Shown in pieces: positions 42,555 to 51,827 of a stretch of DNA of 55,413 nt; positions within the stretch are counted from its first letter, which is position 1, and each line of letters begins with the position of its first letter. The stretch spans positions 1 through 55,413 of the forward strand of contig JAZNAU010000050.1 in NCBI GenBank assembly GCA_045586685.1, read 5' to 3'. A model generated the notes under the pieces. That model was not told the origin of the DNA. It saw nothing but the letters and a program-made list of their open reading frames with translations, and did not search any database. The translations under genes were made by a program, and so were the position numbers. The DNA is from Clostridia bacterium. GTDB taxonomy: Bacteria; Bacillota; Clostridia; HGM11514.

Positions 42555-43865
42555 ATGTTTGACCAAATGCTCAGACGGATGCGGAAGGTAGCGGAGCTTG
42601 AACCTACGGAAAGCCAAATGGAAGAACAGATTGGCTTATGGGGAAGGATGTATCGCAATCGGGCTCCCTGGTGCAAGGGGGATGTGCACAGTCTGAATCT
42701 TCCTGCGGTCATTGCGGGGGAAATTGCTGCAATGACAACCATGGAGTTTTCCTCCAATGTAACAGGCAGCAACCGGGCAAAATTTTTATCCAAACAGTAT
42801 GAGCCTGTCTTAAGAGACCTTCGAAAAATAACCGAATATGCTGTTGCCATGGGCGGAGTTGTGTTAAAGCCTTATGTGTCGGGTAAAACAATCGGGGTTG
42901 ATTGTGTACAGGCAGATTCCTTTTTACCAATCAGCTTTGACACCACCGGTCGTCTGACGGGGGCGGTGTTTGCCGATTGTTATGTATCGGGAAAAGCAGA
43001 ATACCTTCGGTTAGAACGCCATCTGCTGACAAAAGATGGGTATGAAATCTGTAACTTTGCTTATGAAAAGAGCGGAACAAGCTGGAAGGAAATTTCACTT
43101 TCTGCTGTTCCAAAATGGGCAGATTTGACCCGTAAAATGACAGTAGAAGGGATTGAGAAACCTCTATTTGCTTACTTAAAAATGCCCGGTGCCAATATGG
43201 TGGATACAAGCTCCCCCTTAGGGGTTTCTGTGTATCAGAGAGCGATCGATTTGATTGAGCAGGCTGACCGACAGTATTCCCGTCTGTTATGGGAATTTGA
43301 AGGGGGCGAGCTTGCTATTGACGCCAGTGCAGAAGCCTTGGGCTATGACCGTGACGGAAAAGCTGTTATGCCAAAGCTAAACCGCCGTTTGTTCCGTGGA
43401 TTGGAAATTGATGCAGGCGGACAGGACTTATACAGTGTTTTCTCCCCTCAGTTGAGAGATGAATCTCTGATAAACGGCTTAAATGAAATCTTAAGCCGGA
43501 TTGAGGATGCCTGCGGTCTGGCACGGGGAACGATATCTCACCCTGAAGGAGAAATCCGCACTGCTACAGAGCTCAAAATGATGCGTCAGCGGTCTTATAC
43601 TACTGTCCGTGATATTCAAAAATCCATTGCGACGGCGTTACAGGATTTGCTGGACGCCATGGATGTATGGACCGATGTGTACGAGCTGGCAGCAAAGGGA
43701 AATTGGGAAGTGTCATTTCGGTTTGATGATTCGGTTCTTACAGACCGCAGTCAGGAATTTGCAGAGAAAAAACAGCTGGTAGAGGCGGGGATTATGTTTC
43801 CTTGGGAATTTCGGATGTGGTATCTGGGCGAGAGTGAGGAGCAGGCAAAGGAGGTATTCAAGTGA
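42555..43865 (+). CDS. Phage portal protein (A118-type)
   Basis: SLNLPAVIAGEIA; SSPLGVSVY; WEFEGG; FSPQLRD; RTATELK; FDDSV; RBS AAGGAG. Confidence 0.85.
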   Translation: MFDQMLRRMRKVAELEPTESQMEEQIGLWGRMYRNRAPWCKGDVHSLNLPAVIAGEIAAMTTMEFSSNVTGSNRAKFLSKQYEPVLRDLRKITEYAVAMGGVVLKPYVSGKTIGVDCVQADSFLPISFDTTGRLTGAVFADCYVSGKAEYLRLERHLLTKDGYEICNFAYEKSGTSWKEISLSAVPKWADLTRKMTVEGIEKPLFAYLKMPGANMVDTSSPLGVSVYQRAIDLIEQADRQYSRLLWEFEGGELAIDASAEALGYDRDGKAVMPKLNRRLFRGLEIDAGGQDLYSVFSPQLRDESLINGLNEILSRIEDACGLARGTISHPEGEIRTATELKMMRQRSYTTVRDIQKSIATALQDLLDAMDVWTDVYELAAKGNWEVSFRFDDSVLTDRSQEFAEKKQLVEAGIMFPWEFRMWYLGESEEQAKEVFK

Positions 43866-44212
43866 ATCAGGAATTTTTATCCGGCTTAGGGCTGGAGGAA
43901 GAAACGGTAACACAGATTTTGGAAGAGTATGACAGAGAACGTCAGGAAACTGCGTTTCAAAACGAGCTTTACAAACAACTGGAGCTTGCGGGTGCAAAAT
44001 CTGTAAAAGCGGCGGTTGCGTTGCTGGATTGTGAAGGAATGTCTTTGGAGGAGGGCAATATTTCGGGTCTTTCTGAACAACTGTCCGTTCTCAAAGAGGA
44101 GCATCCCTACTTATTTCAGACTCAGCTTCCCCGTGCAGTAGCAAGCACAATGGGCGGCGGAGAATCGGAAAAATCTCTTTTTTCGGTAATTCGTTCTGCT
44201 GCCGGACTTTAA
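43862..44212 (+). CDS. Capsid scaffolding protein (Gp20-like), shortened
   Basis: EFLSGLGLEEE; AGAKSVKAAVALLD; GLSEQL..LKEEHPYLF; GTGA overlap with the portal gene. Confidence 0.75.
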   Translation: MNQEFLSGLGLEEETVTQILEEYDRERQETAFQNELYKQLELAGAKSVKAAVALLDCEGMSLEEGNISGLSEQLSVLKEEHPYLFQTQLPRAVASTMGGGESEKSLFSVIRSAAGL

Positions 44213-44239
44213 TTTAAAATCGAAAGGATATGATAGTTT

Positions 44240-45112
44240 ATGGCAAATTCAATTACGTTAGCAGATAAATTTTTACCCATGGTGGACGAAATTTATAAGG
44301 AACAGTCTGTGACAGAATGTCTGGACACCACCTCACAGCCCGATGTAAGCGGTGCAGACGAGGTGCAAATTTTGAAAATTTCCACTACCGGTCTGGGAGA
44401 TTATTCCCGTGAAACAGGGTATCCTCAGGGAGATGTTACTGCCTCCTGGGAAACCTTGCAACTGACTGAAGAACGAGGCAAGGAATTTTCTATTGACAGA
44501 ATGGATGACGAGGAAATGCTGGGGGTTGCTTTTGGTACACTCACCGGTTCTTTTGTCAGAGAACAGGTTGTTCCAGAGCTGGATGCTTACCGTTTTGCAA
44601 AATATGCATCCACTGAAGGAATTTCCTCTGCATCAGAAGATCTGACCGCAGAAACCGTTTTGGCGGCCATTGATGAAGCAACCCGTCAGATGGATGAGGA
44701 CGAGGTGCCTCAGACAGGAAGAATTCTGTTTGTCAGCAGTGAGTTGAAGCCTCTTCTGAACAGTGCACTGACTCGTACATGGACCAGTCAGGGAAATGTC
44801 AGCACGGTGCTGACCACTTATAACGATATGGTAGTAAAATATGTTCCGAAGGGTCGTTTTTACAGCAAAACCACTATTAACGACGGCTCGTCTGAATGGG
44901 GATATACAAAGGCAGAGGATGCCAAGGATATTAACTTTATGATAGTGTATCCCCCTTCTGTTGTTCAGGTAAAAAAAGTAATGATTCCTAAAATCTTTAC
45001 CCCTGACCAGAATCAGGAGAAGGATGCCTGGAAGTTCCAGTTCCGTCTGTATCACGATGCTTTTGTTCTGGAAAATAAGAAAAAAGGCGTTTATCTCCAT
45101 ACTGTAGCGTAA
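44240..45112 (+). CDS. Major capsid protein
   Basis: MANSITLADKF..DEIY; GLGDYSR..GY; FSIDRMD.EE; VVPELDAYRF; YHDAFVLENKKKG; follows the scaffold gene. Confidence 0.82.
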   Translation: MANSITLADKFLPMVDEIYKEQSVTECLDTTSQPDVSGADEVQILKISTTGLGDYSRETGYPQGDVTASWETLQLTEERGKEFSIDRMDDEEMLGVAFGTLTGSFVREQVVPELDAYRFAKYASTEGISSASEDLTAETVLAAIDEATRQMDEDEVPQTGRILFVSSELKPLLNSALTRTWTSQGNVSTVLTTYNDMVVKYVPKGRFYSKTTINDGSSEWGYTKAEDAKDINFMIVYPPSVVQVKKVMIPKIFTPDQNQEKDAWKFQFRLYHDAFVLENKKKGVYLHTVA

Positions 45113-45126
45113 AGGAGTGATGCCGT

Positions 45127-45450
45127 ATGTACGCGGATTTTACTTATTATACAGACGTCTTTCACGGTAGAAAAATCCCGGACAGCGACAGTTTTCTTTC
45201 TGTAGCAGCGGGGGCGGGAGCAGCACTTGACCGTCTTACCTTTGGCAGGTTGACTCAATCCACTCCCGGTGCGGCAGATGCTCTTTGTGCGGTATGTGAA
45301 GTATTTTATACTCGATTACACCGAGAAGGAATTAAATCGGAAAGTGTGGACGGGTACAATGTGACTTACTCCGATGAAGGATTGAGCAGAAATTTACGGC
45401 AAACGGTACGTCTTTATCTGGAACCTGCTTTGCTGTATCGGGGATGTTAG
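45127..45450 (+). CDS. Head-tail adaptor (connector) protein
   Basis: MYADFTYY; LDRLTFGR; SESVDGYNVTY; LLYRG; follows the capsid gene. Confidence 0.7.
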   Translation: MYADFTYYTDVFHGRKIPDSDSFLSVAAGAGAALDRLTFGRLTQSTPGAADALCAVCEVFYTRLHREGIKSESVDGYNVTYSDEGLSRNLRQTVRLYLEPALLYRGC

Positions 45451-45460
45451 GAGGGATTGG

Positions 45461-45790
45461 ATGGTTTGGAACCAAACGGTCACCCTGTTTCACAAGGAGA
45501 TTGAAAACCGTAAGGAAAGTTGGACTTCTCAGGTGTATCGGGGTGTATCCGCTGTGACGGTGCAAAAATCATCTCCTTATTCAATGGGTATGGAGCCGGA
45601 CAATCAACTGATTGCCCAGATTCCCCATAAGGCGTTACTCAATATTGCACCGGGGGATCGTTTACTGTTGGGAGAACATACCGTACAGGTGGATTCTTCT
45701 GAATTTCAAAAGGCTTTTGTTGTGGTAAGTGTAACAGATAATCGCCGTGGACAAGGAGAACTTTGGCATTATAAGGTGGTGTGTCAATGA
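45461..45790 (+). CDS. Putative head-closure protein
   Basis: TVTLF; PGDRLLLG; VTDNRRG..HYKV; assigned mainly by position. Confidence 0.55.
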   Translation: MVWNQTVTLFHKEIENRKESWTSQVYRGVSAVTVQKSSPYSMGMEPDNQLIAQIPHKALLNIAPGDRLLLGEHTVQVDSSEFQKAFVVVSVTDNRRGQGELWHYKVVCQ

Positions 45791-46176
45791 TTGTTTGCAA
45801 CCTTATTTTAAATAGTACAGCCAAAATATTAGAAAAAAGGGGACTGACCCCAAAAGGAGCTATTCAAAAAAGACTGGATCAGGAAGTTGAGCTGAAATGC
45901 CGTCCGTACGTTCCCCGTAAAGATGGATATCTGGAACAAAGCGGAACAGCTTCTTTTCCCTCTATTGGCTTTGTTCAATGGGATAGACCCTATGCGAAAT
46001 ATCAGTATTATGGCTATTTAATGTTGGGAAAGAAAACTAAAATTTTGACCGGAATCCCCTTAAAAAGCCGTGGCGGTGGATTGCGTGGCTCCCGATGGTT
46101 TGAGCGAATGAAAATAGACTGTATCGGGTCCATTGTACAGTCCCTTGCCAAACTGGCAGGAGGGAAAGAAAAATGA
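45787..46176 (+). CDS. Neck/tail-completion protein (A118 'minor capsid' family)
   Basis: YVPRKDGYL; PYAKYQYYG; GSRWFERMK; ATGA overlap. Confidence 0.7.
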   Translation: MIVCNLILNSTAKILEKRGLTPKGAIQKRLDQEVELKCRPYVPRKDGYLEQSGTASFPSIGFVQWDRPYAKYQYYGYLMLGKKTKILTGIPLKSRGGGLRGSRWFERMKIDCIGSIVQSLAKLAGGKEK

Positions 46177-46583
46177 GTATCTTAGAACATATTAGAGATT
46201 TTATTGCCCAGTGTCCTTTGTTGACAGATGGCTGTATTCACATGGATTTTTTGGATGACAGAATGTATGGTTATATGTTAGAGGGTGTACCTGTAGCAGA
46301 GGTGGTACGGCGGTATGCAGACGGAGGAAGTGTTCGTCGCTATGAGTTTGTATTTGGTGCAAGGCTTCCTTACGGAAGCAGTCAGACCGCTGAAAATCAT
46401 CACTTTTATCAGCAGTTTTCTCAATGGCTGGAGCAACAGTCAAATGCCGGAATATTTCCCGAGCTGGGAGAGGGAAAAGTGCCTCACAGTATAAAGGCAT
46501 TGTCCCATGGTTATTTAATGGACGGTGATGGAAACTGCGCCAGATACCAGATTCAATGTGAACTGGAATATTATCAGGATTAG
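46173..46583 (+). CDS. Putative tail terminator protein
   Basis: IRDFIAQCP; RRYADGGS; FSQWLEQQ; ARYQIQCELEY; precedes the tail tube gene. Confidence 0.6.
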   Translation: MSILEHIRDFIAQCPLLTDGCIHMDFLDDRMYGYMLEGVPVAEVVRRYADGGSVRRYEFVFGARLPYGSSQTAENHHFYQQFSQWLEQQSNAGIFPELGEGKVPHSIKALSHGYLMDGDGNCARYQIQCELEYYQD

Positions 46584-46594
46584 GAGGAAATCAA

Positions 46595-47080
46595 ATGAAA
46601 GGAAATATTGTTCAACGTGCTAAAAAATTAGCATTTTACGGTGTTCCGGGGGAAGGCGAGGTTGTGTTTCACAGAATGAAGGGATTTACCAAACTGGAAA
46701 CAGAAAAAAATCCCAGTGAATACAGCCGTCAATATGTGGATGAGATGTTTGAAGAAACAGATGTAACGGGCTACAGCCCTTCTGTTTTGTATGAATTTGA
46801 CCGGTATGTGGATGATCCGGTACATCAGGATATGGTATTGCTGACGGACAGGGAAATGATTGGAGATGACGCAGTCAGAACACTGATTATGGCGGATTTG
46901 GCAGTACCCAATGAAAATGGTAGTTTCCCTGCTATTATGAGGGATTTTGCGGTTATTCCCGATAGCGAAGGTGATGGAACTGATGCATATATCTATACCG
47001 GCTCTTTTCGTGCAAAGGGAGAAAAGGTGATTGGGACCGTTCAGATTACCGGTGAAGTTGCGGTCTTTACCGAACAGTAA
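46595..47080 (+). CDS. Major tail (tube) protein
   Basis: GFTKL..NPSEYSRQYVDE..TGYSPS; 161 aa; RBS AGGAGG; position in the operon. Confidence 0.7.
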   Translation: MKGNIVQRAKKLAFYGVPGEGEVVFHRMKGFTKLETEKNPSEYSRQYVDEMFEETDVTGYSPSVLYEFDRYVDDPVHQDMVLLTDREMIGDDAVRTLIMADLAVPNENGSFPAIMRDFAVIPDSEGDGTDAYIYTGSFRAKGEKVIGTVQITGEVAVFTEQ

Positions 47081-47093
47081 GCAGGTGAGAAAA

Positions 47094-47417
47094 ATGCAGA
47101 CCATGAAATTTCAATTTGGAGAACTGAAACAACAGATAGATTTATCAGATGTGGATTTTGTATTGAGATATGAACAGGCAATTACAGACTACGAAGAAGG
47201 AGTCAAGGGGTTGAACCGTGAGGTTGCTCCTTCTGCTCAACTAGAGCAAGTGTGTCAGTTGTTTTTCTCAATGTTTGACAAACTGTTTGGTGAAGAAAGT
47301 GCAAAGAAAATGTTTGGAGAAACCAAAAGCGTTGCCCTTTGTACAAAAGCATTTACCCAGTTGCTTCGCGCTATGAATCAATACGCCGGCGCTCTAAAGA
47401 AAGAGGACAAGATATGA
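47094..47417 (+). CDS. Tail assembly chaperone
   Basis: D..DVDFV.RYE; FDKLFGEESAKKMFG; lies between the tube and Gp15 genes. Confidence 0.6.
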   Translation: MQTMKFQFGELKQQIDLSDVDFVLRYEQAITDYEEGVKGLNREVAPSAQLEQVCQLFFSMFDKLFGEESAKKMFGETKSVALCTKAFTQLLRAMNQYAGALKKEDKI

Positions 47418-47950
47418 ATTTTTGGGTAACGCCTTTACCCACCACGGTGACAATCGGAGGAAAGGAGTATCCGATTTATACTGACTTTCGTGTATGGGTA
47501 AAGTGCGGGATGCTGTTAGAGCGAGAGAAAAATCCTATTTCACTGGCGGTGGAGTTGCTGACTCTTTGTTATCCGGCTCTGCCCCCCTCGTTTGAGGGGG
47601 CAATGGAAGGAATTTTTTCCTTTTATACCGGTCAAAATCAAACAAAAAGGGACGGAGCAAAAAGTAAACCTCTTTATAGTTTTGACTATGATGGAGATTT
47701 GATTTATGCCGCCTTTTACAGTCAATACGGAATTGATTTGGCACATGCCTCCCTGCATTGGTATCAATTTCGGGCATTATTTGCAGGCTTAGAAGAAAAC
47801 AGCCGATTTGCTGAGGTGCTTGGTGCAAGAGAAATCAATCTTAGTAAAATTTCTGATCCGGCACAAAAGGCGTATTATAGAAAGTTAAAAGCAAACTATC
47901 ATCTGCCGACGGAGGTTGATGCGGCAGATGGATTGGAGGCTCTGTTTTGA
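47414..47950 (+). CDS. Gp15-family phage protein (A118)
   Basis: LPTTVTIGGKEYPIYTDFR; YSFDYDGDLIYAAFYSQYGIDL; LHWYQFRALF. Confidence 0.85.
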   Translation: MNFWVTPLPTTVTIGGKEYPIYTDFRVWVKCGMLLEREKNPISLAVELLTLCYPALPPSFEGAMEGIFSFYTGQNQTKRDGAKSKPLYSFDYDGDLIYAAFYSQYGIDLAHASLHWYQFRALFAGLEENSRFAEVLGAREINLSKISDPAQKAYYRKLKANYHLPTEVDAADGLEALF

Positions 47951-48001
47951 TCAGCTCACGGCAAAAACAGAAAAAAATTTGTGAGCAGAAGGGTTGATGT
48001 T

Positions 48002-48988
48002 ATGAGTGACGGTGCAATCGTTATATCCACAGAATTGAATACGGATGATTTTATCGCTGCCTTGGAAGGCTTGGCGGGTCTTGCAAGAAGTGCCATGGAA
48101 AAGGTGGTTGGTGTGTTTACAGAGCTTAAGGATCGGGTTGTTCAAGCTTTGTATAATGCCAAAGAAATGCTTTTAACGGCGGCCACAAGCTGGTTGGAAG
48201 GATTGGGATTGGCAGCAAGCTATGCAAAGGAATTTGTATTTACCACTTTGGGACAAATGATTACAAACGTGGTTAATAATTTGCTGGGGAATGCGAAATC
48301 GCTGTTATCAGCCGCAGCCAACTTTTTTCAAGGCTTGCCAACAGCGGCAACTCAGAAGGGGACTGCCTGCCTGCAAGCGTTAGGCAATTTAATCACTCAA
48401 ATTTTAAATACGGTAATCAGTTCTTCGGAGCGTATGCTGGCGACGGCATTCTCCTTTTTTCAGGGGATTGTAACAGCAGTCAGCGGAATTACCAATAATG
48501 TATTGACAACACTGGGAAGTCTCATCAGTCTGGCAGTGACAAAGGTTAAGGAAGGATATACGCAAATGTTTGAAGCAGGAAAACAGTTAGCCTCCGGAAT
48601 CTGGGACGGAATTACATCTATAGCATCCGGCTGGTATGAGAATATTTCCACTTTGGTTAGCGGCTTGGTTACTTCGGCAAAAAATGCAGTTACCGCAGGA
48701 TTTGGCGGTGTGACATCTTTTATCGGAAAAAGTCTGTCCAATTCCGGTTTTTCAGTACCAAACAATTTTTTCAATAGTGGGTCAAGTAATGTATCAGGAA
48801 TTTCCAATGCCAATTTATTGCCGACAATAAGCACATTTTCTTCTTCAAACGGAAATTCAGGTGGCATTACAAATGTAAATCATTATAATACCACGTATCA
48901 ATTTGTTCCTGCTAACGGGTCTATTTCTGATCAGATTCGTACTGCAAGAGCACAGGATCAGATTAACCGATTGAGAGGAGGACTTTAA
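48002..48988 (+). CDS. Very short tape-measure protein
   Basis: MSDGAIVISTEL N-terminus; amphipathic 44-aa repeats; lies between Gp15 and Dit. Confidence 0.75.
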   Translation: MSDGAIVISTELNTDDFIAALEGLAGLARSAMEKVVGVFTELKDRVVQALYNAKEMLLTAATSWLEGLGLAASYAKEFVFTTLGQMITNVVNNLLGNAKSLLSAAANFFQGLPTAATQKGTACLQALGNLITQILNTVISSSERMLATAFSFFQGIVTAVSGITNNVLTTLGSLISLAVTKVKEGYTQMFEAGKQLASGIWDGITSIASGWYENISTLVSGLVTSAKNAVTAGFGGVTSFIGKSLSNSGFSVPNNFFNSGSSNVSGISNANLLPTISTFSSSNGNSGGITNVNHYNTTYQFVPANGSISDQIRTARAQDQINRLRGGL

Positions 48989-49824
48989 TGACAGAGTTTA
49001 AGTTTCAAAACGAATACGGCACATTACAACTAAACAAAAAACCTTGTCGCGTTCTATCGGTTGTGGGCTTAGGGCTTCCAGATAGGGAATTTGAAACGGT
49101 ACGATATGCCAATTCTCACGGACAGGAAACTCTGTCTGTCACCGATCAGCCGAGAATTATCAGTATGTCCGTAGATTTGTTAATGAAGGAAGGCTTGGGA
49201 CGGGAGCTTGCAAAAATGACAAAAATCTTATACCGTCCCGGAACTCTTACTGTAAGAAGTCGAGGAAAAACAAGAGTTATTCCCTGTCGGTGTACTGCTT
49301 GGGAAGAGGATACTCGTACTCCTGTTCTTGCAAAGCTGGTATTACAATTTACTTGTGATAATCCCGCATTTTTAGAGGAGAGGGAACGAATTGAGGGGGT
49401 CTTTGAACGGACTGATTTAATTCATGATTCCTTTGTTCTTCCTATGGTATTTACAAAACGGACCACAGAAAAGGATGTAGTAAATAACGGAGATTTACCC
49501 GTTCAGCCTGTTTTATTGTTAAAATGCATTCAAACAGGGACGGAGGGAATAAAAATCACTAATTGCACTCCATCAGGAGAGGAACAGACTTTTGCACTAA
49601 CAACCCCTATGCTGGTTGGAGAAGAAATTCAGGTGGATTTTCCAAACCGACGGATAGAATCTAACATGAGAGAGAATGTCATTCACTTTATTTCAGACGA
49701 TACGTTTCTCCATTCCTTTGTGTTAGAGCAGGGATGTAATCGTATTAACGTATCATCAGGGGTCGGAGCGGATTTATCTATAGTTTGTAAATTTACTCCA
49801 AAATATTTAGAAGCTTTGTACTAG
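48988..49824 (+). CDS. Distal tail protein (Dit)
   Basis: GLGLP..GQ..PRII; LQFTCDNPAF; VNNGDLPV; LEQGCNRI; follows the tape-measure gene. Confidence 0.75.
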   Translation: MTEFKFQNEYGTLQLNKKPCRVLSVVGLGLPDREFETVRYANSHGQETLSVTDQPRIISMSVDLLMKEGLGRELAKMTKILYRPGTLTVRSRGKTRVIPCRCTAWEEDTRTPVLAKLVLQFTCDNPAFLEERERIEGVFERTDLIHDSFVLPMVFTKRTTEKDVVNNGDLPVQPVLLLKCIQTGTEGIKITNCTPSGEEQTFALTTPMLVGEEIQVDFPNRRIESNMRENVIHFISDDTFLHSFVLEQGCNRINVSSGVGADLSIVCKFTPKYLEALY

Positions 49825-49833
49825 GAGGTGCCT

Positions 49834-50991
49834 ATGGAGGATATACGTTTTTACAATTTTGAAGGACAGCTTCTTTCCATTGTTCATGATGTAGTGTCCG
49901 TAAATTGGCGAATTTGCTATAATGACGTGGGCACCTTTGAGGCTCATTTTAATTTACAGTCTTCTTTTGTTCCCGAGATTGCACTTACGCCGTGGTTAGT
50001 TGCGGTTCAAGGGAGATTGCAAGCCATCATTACAGGACGGCAAATGGGAGAAGAACTAATTTTATATGGAAAAACACCAAACTGGTTGTTATGCAAACGA
50101 GGGATTCCTCCTTTTGTTACAGGGGATATGACAGAAGGAGCGGGACTTACAGTCCCTCAGATTGTAAGCTGGGTGTTTTCTAAGGCTTTTGATAGTAACG
50201 ATCCTGTTACGGAGGAAGCAGCAATGGGAGAATTTTTAAAAGAACCCATTTCCTTTTGGAGAAATACTACCAATCAGGCATTTGAAGTGATTCGTGACTG
50301 TGCAGACAGGGAGAATGCGGGGCATCGGATTTGGTTTGAGCCAAAAACAGGAACCTGGCATTTTCAATTATATAAGGGAAATGAGCTTCCTGTTATGTTA
50401 AGTGAGGATAACCGAAATGCGTATGAAACGGAATACACCGAGGATGTTTCAGAGCTGGCAACGGCAGGATGGTACGGCCGGGAGATTGTTTCCCGAGGAG
50501 ATTACAATCCGGTCATAAATAAACCTAAATTAAAAAACGGATTGCCGGAAAATTTAGGAAAGTATTATCAGGTAACCCAAAACGGCTCCCGATTCGGTCT
50601 GACAATGAAGGAGGGAGAGTACCTTCTTTGTGATTCCGAGGAAGGAAGTTGGAGAATTGTGGATGGTGATGAAATTCAAAAGCTGGATTGTATCTGGCTG
50701 AAACTCAATGGAGATTCTTCTGCAACAGGAATTTATCGTTGGGATGAAATCCTTTCTGCTCAGACCGAAAGCGAGGCACAAGATGAGCTTACCAAGAAAA
50801 AACGAATTCAAAATATTTCTTTGGTTACTCGTGGCATGGAATATGGTAAAGATTATCATCTTGGAGATATCCTACGGGTGCAAAAAACAGCAGGCGGAGT
50901 ACAATTTACCCAGAAAAAACGGGTTGTTGCAGTAAATATTTGGTACGAACAGGGCAATTCAGGTCAGCAACCTGAATTTTCTGAACAATAA
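49834..50991 (+). CDS. Baseplate hub / tail tip protein (ReqiPepy6 Gp37-like)
   Basis: SVNWRICYNDVGTFE; FQLYKG; YGKDYHLGDIL; follows Dit. Confidence 0.7.
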   Translation: MEDIRFYNFEGQLLSIVHDVVSVNWRICYNDVGTFEAHFNLQSSFVPEIALTPWLVAVQGRLQAIITGRQMGEELILYGKTPNWLLCKRGIPPFVTGDMTEGAGLTVPQIVSWVFSKAFDSNDPVTEEAAMGEFLKEPISFWRNTTNQAFEVIRDCADRENAGHRIWFEPKTGTWHFQLYKGNELPVMLSEDNRNAYETEYTEDVSELATAGWYGREIVSRGDYNPVINKPKLKNGLPENLGKYYQVTQNGSRFGLTMKEGEYLLCDSEEGSWRIVDGDEIQKLDCIWLKLNGDSSATGIYRWDEILSAQTESEAQDELTKKKRIQNISLVTRGMEYGKDYHLGDILRVQKTAGGVQFTQKKRVVAVNIWYEQGNSGQQPEFSEQ

Positions 50992-51003
50992 AGGAGGTAG
51001 AAT

Positions 51004-51813
51004 ATGGGAATTATATTGGATTTTGCAGATAATGTAACTTATGGGGCGTCGGATTTGAACTCCTTGCGATCTGCCCTTGCCACAAAAGGAGTATTGCCTG
51101 AAATGTCCAGCTCTTGTAAGGCGATATTGGGCGAACAGGAAGGAACAGTAAAAATTTGTGCCGGACAGGCTCTTTTTTCAGACGGCTCCAGATGCAATGT
51201 TGACGAGGCGGGCGTTACAATTACCGTAAAGGATACTTGCTATATTTATTTTAAAAAGCTGGAAAACAGTGTGGAAGTCATGTCCTCAGGATCTCTTCCT
51301 ACAGGGGGAGATACGGTCTTACTTGCTCAGGCAACGGTTGCAACCGCAGGAATTACTTTAACAGATATGCGGGAATACACGGTGCTTAAAATTCCTTCCT
51401 GTACTGTAAATACTTATGATGAGTTTATCCTAAAAAAAAACTTTAATGATGCCACTGTAAAAAGTTATGATCCCTCTGCTTCTCTAACCATTGCTACATG
51501 GCATAAAGTACATGAATTCGATGTAAGTAATCAAAATTATAAATATGTTTGTGTGTTTGATAATGCAGAAAAAGTAAATAACAAGGTTTTTCTTGCATGG
51601 GGAGATATCAACAAGGGAAAATACTGGACATCCTACACCGTGGACAATACAAGTACGTTAGAATATGGCATTGATGAGATGATACTGTATCATGATTATA
51701 CCGGCACCAGACGTCTTCGTTTTGTAAAGAATGGTGCTAAGATTGAGATTTATTATTACTGTACCTTAGGGCAGTTGTCTTATTATTTTGATGCAAAAGT
51801 TCGTTTTGCGTAA
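51004..51813 (+). CDS. Putative baseplate / receptor-binding protein
   Basis: TYGASDLN..GV; VKICAGQA; LLAQ..ITLTDMR N-terminal module; aromatic beta-rich C-terminus. Confidence 0.5.
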   Translation: MGIILDFADNVTYGASDLNSLRSALATKGVLPEMSSSCKAILGEQEGTVKICAGQALFSDGSRCNVDEAGVTITVKDTCYIYFKKLENSVEVMSSGSLPTGGDTVLLAQATVATAGITLTDMREYTVLKIPSCTVNTYDEFILKKNFNDATVKSYDPSASLTIATWHKVHEFDVSNQNYKYVCVFDNAEKVNNKVFLAWGDINKGKYWTSYTVDNTSTLEYGIDEMILYHDYTGTRRLRFVKNGAKIEIYYYCTLGQLSYYFDAKVRFA

Positions 51814-51827
51814 AGGGGAGTGAAAAT

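Noticed and set aside
47330-47420. Programmed -1 frameshift between the tail chaperone and Gp15
   Set aside because: The -1 frame is open, but I found no in-frame X XXY YYZ slippery heptamer, and Gp15 has its own RBS and an ATGA-coupled start.
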